Under the pieces are notes generated by a model. It was not told the DNA's origin, made no database searches, and saw only the letters and a list, made by a program, of their open reading frames with translations. The position numbers and the translations under genes are program-made. This document shows positions 58,150 through 64,000 of a DNA stretch of 64,000 nucleotides, piece after piece; the stretch's first letter is position 1; each line of letters opens with the position of its first letter. The stretch lies in NCBI GenBank assembly GCA_964242025.1, contig CAXSZW010000010.1, forward strand, positions 4,721 through 68,720, given 5' to 3'. The stretch comes from an uncultured Acidobacteriaceae bacterium. GTDB lineage: Bacteria > Acidobacteriota > Terriglobia > Terriglobales > Acidobacteriaceae.

Positions 58150-60705
58150 ATGCGCCTTCCCCTTGCGTCCTTCCTGCTCGCCCTGACCCCGTGTGCGCTC
58201 CTGCCCACCTTGCTCCCCGCCCAGCGCCCCACCGGCAGCCCGGCATCCGACGCTCCCATCCCGACGCTCGCCGCCAAGACCGCCTCTATGACCCACATGC
58301 CGGGCCTCCTTCCCCTCGATTGGGACGCCAAGACCGGCAAGCTCTACCTCGAAATTCCCCACCTCGACGAGAAGGGCCATAGCCCCGACATCCTCTACAC
58401 CAACTCTCTTCCCTCCGGCACCGGCTCCAACGACCTCGGCCTTGACCGCGGCCAGACCTCCCCGGGCAAGATCGTTCACTTCGAGCGCACCGGCCCCAAG
58501 GTCCTCCTGGTCGAGCCCAATCAGGCCTTCCGCGGCTCCTCCACGGACCCCAACGAGCTCCTCGCCATCCACCAGTCCTTCCCCTCCTCCGTCCTCGCCG
58601 GCTTCACCGTAGCCGCCGAAGGCCCGGACGGCGCGGTCCTCATCGACGCCACCGACTTCTTCGTTCGCGACGCCCACGGCGTCCTTGAAACCCTCACCCG
58701 CATGCAGCAGGGCATGTACAAGCTCGACCCCACCCGTTCCACCATCTTCCTGGAGAACACCAAAGCCTTCCCCAAAAACACCGAGGTCGAATCCCTCCTC
58801 ACCTTCACCACCGAATCCGCCGGCGGCCGTCGCGGCGGAAGCTCGTATGTAGCCGACGTCACCCCAGACGCCCACGCCATGACGCTCCACGAGCACCAGT
58901 CCTTCCTCGAGCTCCCGCCCCCCGGCTTCACCCCCCGCCGTTACGACCCCCGCGCCGGCTACTTCCCCACCTCCTACCGCGATTACTCCGCCCCCCTCGG
59001 CGAGAATCTGGACCAGCAGTTCATCATCCGCCATCGCCTCATCAAAAAAGATCCCAACTGCACCAAAGCCTGCGAGCCCGTCACCCCCATCCACTACTAC
59101 GTGGACTCTGGCGCCCCCGAACCCCTCCGTTCCGCCCTCGTTGAAGGCGCCCGCTGGTGGGATCAGGCCTTCCAGGCTGCAGGATGGGCCAAGGGTTCCT
59201 TCCTCGTTGACCCTCTCCCCGCCGGCGCCGACCCCATGGATATCCGCTTCAACATGATCCAGTGGGTCCACCGTTACACCCGTGGCTGGAGCTACGGCGC
59301 CGCCATCGCGGACCCCCGCACTGGCGAAATCATCAAGGGCAACGTCACCCTCGGCTCCCTCCGCGGACGCCAGGATTACATGATCGCCACCGCCCTCCTC
59401 AGCCCATACGTCCAGGGCGCAAAGCCGATCACCCCGGAGACCGACCCAATGCTCCGCATGGTCCTCCAGCGCATCCGCCAGCTCGCCGCGCATGAGACCG
59501 GCCACACCCTCGGCCTCTCCCATAACTACGCCGCCAGCGCCTTCCCTCACGCGCCTGACGAAACCACCTCTGTCATGGAGTACCCGCACCCCTGGATCAC
59601 CCTCGATAAAAACGGCGTCCCCGACCTCTCCCACGCTTACCCCGTCAATATCGGCGTCTGGGACAAGGTCGCCATCAACTATGGCTACCGCGAATTCGAC
59701 CGCGCCGGCAAGGTTCAGGATGACCCCGTCGCGCTCGACAACATCCTCACCACCTCTCAGAAGACCGGCCTCCTTTACATCACCGACGAGGACGCCCGCC
59801 CCTTCGGCTCCGCCCACCCCCACGCCCACCTCTGGGATAACGGCACCGACGACGCCGACGAGCTCATCCGCATCCTCGGCATCCGCGAAGCCGCTCTCAA
59901 GCGCTTCGGCGAAAACGCCATCAAGCCCGGCACCCCCATGGCCCAGCTGGAGGACGTCCTCGTCCCCCTCTACCTCCTCCACCGCTACCAGGCAGAAGCT
60001 GCCATCAAGATCATCGGCGGCCTCAGCTACGAGTACAACCTCCGCGGCGACAACCTCGCCCCACCCACCATCGTCGCGCCGGAGGAGCAGGCCAAGGCCC
60101 TCGCCGCAGTCCTTAAAACCATCTCTCCAGAGGTCCTCACCCTCCCCGAATCCCTCCTCGCCATCCTCCCCCCGCGTCCCCCCGGACTCCGCCGTACGCA
60201 GGAATCCTTCCCCTCAGAGACCGGCCTGACCTTCGACCCCATCGCCACCGCGGAGTCCGCCGCGGACCTCACCTTCCAGGTCCTCTTTGACCCCTCCCGC
60301 GCCAGCCGCCTCGTCCAGTACCACATGCGCGTCCCCAAATCCCCATCCCTCCGCGGCGTCCTGGAAGCCGTCTCCAAAGCCACCGCAGAGCGCCCCGAAG
60401 GCGGCCACACCATGTCCTCGGAAGTCGAGCGCGCCGTCGAGTTCCGCGGTCTCGAGTGGACCTTCGGCCTCGCCGTCAACCCCGCAACCTCGTCCCAGGC
60501 CCGCGCCATCGCCCGCTCCCACATCCAAACCCTCCTCGACCAGTGGACCAGGGAAGCCGCCCCCACCGACACCGCAGAGGCCATCCACCGCGCCGCAATG
60601 GTGGATCGCATCAAGGACTTCCAACGCGACCCCACCAAGTTTGTCCCCGCCAAGCAGATCGAGGCTCCACCCGGCATGCCCATCGGCGACGACGAATCCT
60701 TCTAA
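58150..60705 (+). CDS. Secreted zinc-dependent metalloprotease (DUF5117/DUF4953-type)
   Basis: Signal peptide MRLPLASFLLALTPCALLPTLLPAQ. HExxH is in AAHETGHTLGLSHNY. The length and N-terminal domain fit the family as I recall it. Confidence 0.8.
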   Translation: MRLPLASFLLALTPCALLPTLLPAQRPTGSPASDAPIPTLAAKTASMTHMPGLLPLDWDAKTGKLYLEIPHLDEKGHSPDILYTNSLPSGTGSNDLGLDRGQTSPGKIVHFERTGPKVLLVEPNQAFRGSSTDPNELLAIHQSFPSSVLAGFTVAAEGPDGAVLIDATDFFVRDAHGVLETLTRMQQGMYKLDPTRSTIFLENTKAFPKNTEVESLLTFTTESAGGRRGGSSYVADVTPDAHAMTLHEHQSFLELPPPGFTPRRYDPRAGYFPTSYRDYSAPLGENLDQQFIIRHRLIKKDPNCTKACEPVTPIHYYVDSGAPEPLRSALVEGARWWDQAFQAAGWAKGSFLVDPLPAGADPMDIRFNMIQWVHRYTRGWSYGAAIADPRTGEIIKGNVTLGSLRGRQDYMIATALLSPYVQGAKPITPETDPMLRMVLQRIRQLAAHETGHTLGLSHNYAASAFPHAPDETTSVMEYPHPWITLDKNGVPDLSHAYPVNIGVWDKVAINYGYREFDRAGKVQDDPVALDNILTTSQKTGLLYITDEDARPFGSAHPHAHLWDNGTDDADELIRILGIREAALKRFGENAIKPGTPMAQLEDVLVPLYLLHRYQAEAAIKIIGGLSYEYNLRGDNLAPPTIVAPEEQAKALAAVLKTISPEVLTLPESLLAILPPRPPGLRRTQESFPSETGLTFDPIATAESAADLTFQVLFDPSRASRLVQYHMRVPKSPSLRGVLEAVSKATAERPEGGHTMSSEVERAVEFRGLEWTFGLAVNPATSSQARAIARSHIQTLLDQWTREAAPTDTAEAIHRAAMVDRIKDFQRDPTKFVPAKQIEAPPGMPIGDDESF

Positions 60706-60715
60706 CCCACACCCA

Positions 60716-60750
60716 AACGGCCTCCGCAAGGAGGCCGTTCTGCTGTTGCC
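60716..60750 (+). terminator. Hairpin with a GCAA tetraloop after the metalloprotease gene
   Basis: AACGGCCTCC-GCAA-GGAGGCCGTT, followed by CTGCTGTTGCC. Confidence 0.55.
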
Positions 60751-60761
60751 ATTGTTGTTCT

Positions 60762-60823
60762 GGGTGCCCCATCCTCGCGCGGCTTCATCGCGCAGGGTGG
60801 GGTATCGGACGAAGTCCGGCCGC
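60762..60823. repeat. Single copy of the GGGTGCCCCA...TGGGGTATCGG...palindromic element
   Basis: GGGTGCCCCATCCTCGCGCG-GCTTCAT-CGCGCAGGGTGGGGTATCGGACGAAGTCCGGCC has the same ends and architecture as the modules at 56.2-56.5 kb. Confidence 0.6.
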
Positions 60824-60828
60824 ACTCC

Positions 60829-61437
60829 CTACCCCAGCCCCAGCCCCAACTCCCCCGCCCTCGCCTGCATCGCCCCCAGGCAAACCCCCACGTGCTCCTC
60901 CACCGGCAACCCCAGCAGCGCCGCGCCTTCCGTAATGTCCTCCCGTTTCACCGCCCTCGCAAACGCCTTATCCTTCATCTTCTTCAACACGCCTTTCACC
61001 TCAACATCCAGCACAGACTTCGTCGGCTTCACCAGCGCACAAGCCACCAGAAACCCCGCCAGCTCATCGCAAGCAAACACCGTCCGATCCAGATGCGTCG
61101 CCCGCTCCGCACCCGAGTAATCCGCATGCGCCAGAATCGCGTGCAGAATCTCCTCCGGCCACCCCTGCTCCCGCAAGTACTTCACCCCCACAAACGGATG
61201 CTCCTCCAGCGATGGATGCCGTTCATAGTCGAAGTCATGCAGCAACCCGGCACACGCATACGTGTCCACCAACTCCGCCGCCGCCTCGCCGCTTAGCCCC
61301 AGCCGCTCCGCCTCCATCTGCCCATACGCTTCGCAACAAATCGAAACCGAAAGCCCATGCTTCCTCAGGCTCTCCCCCTGCGTCCACTCTTCCATCAGCC
61401 GCAACGCCGCCTCACGCCTCATCCGTTTTCCTCCCAA
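60829..61437 (-). CDS. HD-domain metal-dependent phosphohydrolase (HDIG-like)
   Basis: H...HD pattern: CAGLLHDFDYERHP, ILAHADYSG. Confidence 0.7.
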   Translation of the reverse strand: MGGKRMRREAALRLMEEWTQGESLRKHGLSVSICCEAYGQMEAERLGLSGEAAAELVDTYACAGLLHDFDYERHPSLEEHPFVGVKYLREQGWPEEILHAILAHADYSGAERATHLDRTVFACDELAGFLVACALVKPTKSVLDVEVKGVLKKMKDKAFARAVKREDITEGAALLGLPVEEHVGVCLGAMQARAGELGLGLG

Positions 61438-61632
61438 AACTTAATCCTATCCTTGAACCCCATGTTGACTCCTGTGGTTCCACTTCGGGTTTCTCCGGTT
61501 TTCCTCGGGTCCCTTCGGCCTTTGCCCTTGACTCATCCGATACCCGGGTGTCACTCTAGGCTCATCGCACGTCTCCGTTATCGGACACGTGCGCTGCGGA
61601 CCTTGCTCTGGCCCCCGCCCGCTACACACAAT

Positions 61633-62166
61633 ATGGCAACCATGATGGCGTCCGTCGAACAGCGTGAGGTCCTGCGTTGTGACCACTGCAGCCTGGTGCA
61701 ATTCCGCACCGCAGCCGCCTGCTGCAGGCGTTGCAAGAAGGCCCTCGAGGTGGAGAAGCCGGTCCCGGCTCCAGCCCCCCTCGCTCTCGTGCCTCCCCTC
61801 AAGGACGCAGACCAGGGTCTGCAGGTCGCAACCGCTGTCCGCGATCTGCGCCACGTCCGCAACCTCAGCCAGCGGCAGCTCGCCGCGCGCATGAACGTCC
61901 CCCGCACCTACATCTCAAAGATCGAGAACGGCAAGGCCATGCCCACGCTGTCCTCGCTCGATCGCCTCGCACGCGCCCTTGAAGTGGATATCTCCGCCCT
62001 CCTGCGTGACGCGACCACCCGCCACTCCAACGAGACCGCCATGCTGATGACGGACCCGTTCCTTGCCGAGATCGCCGCCTACGCCTCGCAGTTGGACAGC
62101 CTGCAGCGTTCCATCTTCCTCAACCATGTCCGCGAGCTCGCCGCCGGCCGGCGGCGCACCGCCTAG
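61633..62166 (+). CDS. XRE-family HTH transcriptional regulator with an N-terminal CxxC...CxxC zinc-ribbon
   Basis: CDHCSLVQF...CCRRCKK, then LRHVRNLSQRQLAARMNVPRTYISKIENGKAMPTLSSLDRLARAL. Confidence 0.75.
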   Translation: MATMMASVEQREVLRCDHCSLVQFRTAAACCRRCKKALEVEKPVPAPAPLALVPPLKDADQGLQVATAVRDLRHVRNLSQRQLAARMNVPRTYISKIENGKAMPTLSSLDRLARALEVDISALLRDATTRHSNETAMLMTDPFLAEIAAYASQLDSLQRSIFLNHVRELAAGRRRTA

Positions 62167-62188
62167 CTTTCTGGCCCGCAACCCCCGA

Positions 62189-62212
62189 AGCCGCGTCCGC
62201 AAGGACGCGGCT
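62189..62212 (+). terminator. Hairpin with a GCAA tetraloop after the XRE regulator gene
   Basis: AGCCGCGTCC-GCAA-GGACGCGGCT. No U tract. Confidence 0.4.
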
Positions 62213-62303
62213 CCTCTCCCATCCTGACCCCTGAAACCTGATCCCTTGCCCCTGTCTTCTCGCCTCTCCGGTATGCTAGTCGAAGCAACTTAGAGGCAGT
62301 CTT

Positions 62304-63206
62304 TTGCGCCAGCCAATCCCCTCCCGCCTTCACGAGCTCTCGTCCGAAGAGTCCCTCGTGTACAAGGAACTCGACCCCGAACGAATCCCCAAACACGTCG
62401 CCATCATTATGGATGGCAACGGTCGCTGGGCCGGCAAGCGTGCACTCAAGCGCTTCCTCGGGCACCAGCAGGGCGCCGAATCCGTCCAGTTCGTCGTAGA
62501 AACCGCATCTCGCATCGACCTTCCCTGGCTCACCCTCTACGCCTTCTCGCTTGAAAACAACCTGCGCCGCCCCAAAGCAGAGGTCAGCTTCCTCATGAAG
62601 CTCCTCAAGTCCTACCTGGTCGGCAACGTCAAGCGCATGAACGACAACAACGTCCGCATGGCCTACATCGGCCGCACCGAGGGCCTCCCCGCCGAGATCC
62701 AGGACACCATGCAGTGGGCCCAGACCGAGACCGCCAAAAACACTGGCACCACCCTCACCCTCGCCCTCAACTACGGCTCCCGCTCTGAAATCACCGATGC
62801 CACCCGCAGTCTCGTCTCCTCGCTCATCGCGGAGGCCCACCAGCGCGGCTGCTCACTGGAAGACCTCCTGCAAGTCGACTCCCTCGAATCCCGCATCGAC
62901 GAAGCCCAGCTCTCCCAGCACCTCTACACCGCCCACATGCCGGACCCGGACCTCGTCATCCGCACCTCCGGCGAGCAGCGCATCTCCAACTTCCTCCTCT
63001 GGCAGATCGCCTACGCCGAAATCTTCGTCACCGACCGCCTTTGGCCCGACTTCCGCGGCATCCACCTCCTTGAAGCCATCCACAACTACCAGCAGCGCGA
63101 GCGCCGCTTCGGCGGCCTAGGCGAAGGCACCGACGAACACCTCGAAGGCCGCGACGTAACCCTAGAAACCCCGGAATCCATAGCCGCAGAACTAGCCCGC
63201 CGCTAG
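62304..63206 (+). CDS. uppS: Isoprenyl transferase (undecaprenyl diphosphate synthase)
   Basis: HVAIIMDGNGRWA, LTLYAFSLEN, IRTSGEQRISNFLLWQIAYAE. TTG start in the ORF track. Confidence 0.9.
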   Translation: MRQPIPSRLHELSSEESLVYKELDPERIPKHVAIIMDGNGRWAGKRALKRFLGHQQGAESVQFVVETASRIDLPWLTLYAFSLENNLRRPKAEVSFLMKLLKSYLVGNVKRMNDNNVRMAYIGRTEGLPAEIQDTMQWAQTETAKNTGTTLTLALNYGSRSEITDATRSLVSSLIAEAHQRGCSLEDLLQVDSLESRIDEAQLSQHLYTAHMPDPDLVIRTSGEQRISNFLLWQIAYAEIFVTDRLWPDFRGIHLLEAIHNYQQRERRFGGLGEGTDEHLEGRDVTLETPESIAAELARR

Positions 63207-63341
63207 AGCATCCCCCCCCCGCCGACCAACGGAAGGCCCCCAACCTTCCTCCCACCCCGACCAGATCACCTGTCACGAAGTGACCGCCCCACGCGCAGTG
63301 GGCCCGTCCGGCAGGACAAGCTCGTATATCCTTACCCCTTC

Positions 63342-64000
63342 ATGAAACGAATCCTCACCGCCGTCGTCCTCATCGCCGCAGTCGTCGCCCTGGTCTTCTT
63401 CGGCCCGCTCTGGTCCGTCTCGCTCTTCGCCGCCCTCGTCGCCGGCCTCGCTGCATACGAGTATCGCGACCTCGCCCACAAATCCCCTGCCCACATCCCC
63501 CTCTGGTGGCTCATCGCCTCCATCGCCGCCCTCTTCACCCTCACCCTCCCCGGCACCAACCCCGACCTCTCCCTCCCCGTCATCTCCCTCCTCACCTTCC
63601 TCCTCTTCACCGTCGCGGGCTTCTCCGCCCCGCTTGAACGTTCCCTCCGCGACACCGCCCTCGGCCTCTTCGCCCTCCTTTACGTCGTCTACCCCCTCAC
63701 CCTCCTGCCCCTCATCAAGGCGCATGAGGACGGCACCGGCCTCCTGCTCTTCCTCTTCGTCTGCGTCTGGGCCGGCGACATCTTCGCCCTTTACATCGGC
63801 AAAAACTTCGGCCGCCGCAAGCTCGCCCCGCGCCACAGCCCCAACAAGACCTGGGAAGGCTCCATCGCCTCCGTCATCGGCTCCGTCCTCTGCGGCATGG
63901 GCCTCTACTACCTCGGTCTCCACCTCGCCGCCACCCGCAACTTCTCCGCCCTGCACATCTCCACTCCCGCCTGGCAGATGGCCCTGGTCGCCATCGTCCT
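63342..64000 (+). CDS. cdsA: Phosphatidate cytidylyltransferase CdsA; 3' end lies outside the window
   Basis: This ORF is not in the track because no stop is reached. My own translation gives MKRILTAVVLIAAVVALVFFG...VWAGDIFALYIGKNFGRRKLAPRHSPNKTWEGSIAS, which contains the SPxKTxEG signature. uppS-cdsA is a conserved gene pair. Confidence 0.85.
   Translation, partial: MKRILTAVVLIAAVVALVFFGPLWSVSLFAALVAGLAAYEYRDLAHKSPAHIPLWWLIASIAALFTLTLPGTNPDLSLPVISLLTFLLFTVAGFSAPLERSLRDTALGLFALLYVVYPLTLLPLIKAHEDGTGLLLFLFVCVWAGDIFALYIGKNFGRRKLAPRHSPNKTWEGSIASVIGSVLCGMGLYYLGLHLAATRNFSALHISTPAWQMALVAIV

Noticed and set aside
1-64000. Mobile elements, prophage or defence islands (transposase, integrase, restriction-modification, Cas, abortive-infection genes).
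   Set aside because: None of the ORFs with coding-like composition shows such motifs. The only addiction-type modules are the two decayed TA pairs reported in the findings.

Overview
This is a high-GC chromosomal segment with about 60 protein genes on both strands. I found no rRNA, tRNA, CRISPR array, transposase, integrase or phage gene. The gene content looks like core Acidobacteriota (Terriglobia-like) chromosome. That assignment is inferred from a VWFA-related domain protein, DUF1080, a BamA/TamB envelope operon, BshC, and GGGTGCCCCA-type palindromic repeats.

Recognisable genes:
- 1-13 kb: S9 peptidase (5' partial), crotonase, ribH-nusB, cyclophilin, lipocalin, REC-only response regulator, SSS transporter.
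- 13-28 kb: priming sugar transferase, recO, ferredoxin, esterase, IMPase, VWA, DUF1080, moaD/moaE, lon, pheA, csbD.
- 28-47 kb: UbiA-family prenyltransferase, tamB, a SurA-like gene, bamA, ThiF/MoeB-like E1, ECF sigma factor, bshC, Nudix, csp, polX, an MscS-family channel.
- 47-64 kb: M1 peptidase, ctaB with DUF420, ssb, a MerA-like flavoprotein, zwf, cyaY, GT2, a Zn-metalloprotease, an HD hydrolase, an XRE regulator, uppS, cdsA (3' partial).

I did not find a convincing new multi-gene system. The observations most worth follow-up are:
1. An extreme strand-dependent wobble-base bias. Plus-strand genes use C-ending codons and minus-strand genes use G-ending codons. A few genes escape this.
2. 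Two type II toxin-antitoxin loci whose toxin genes are each broken by 1-nt frameshifts while the antitoxins look intact.
3. A 154-bp tandem duplication built from four hairpin modules, with a related single copy elsewhere.
4. Two intergenic clusters of a TTCACCA/TGGTGAA motif.
5. An apparent VOC-like domain fused to RibH.
6. A (TATTCCC)x5 microsatellite.

The ORF track translates non-ATG starts as M, for example a TTG at 17738. Many long ORFs antisense to real genes are high-GC artefacts. All functional calls come from reading motifs by eye, not from database searches.
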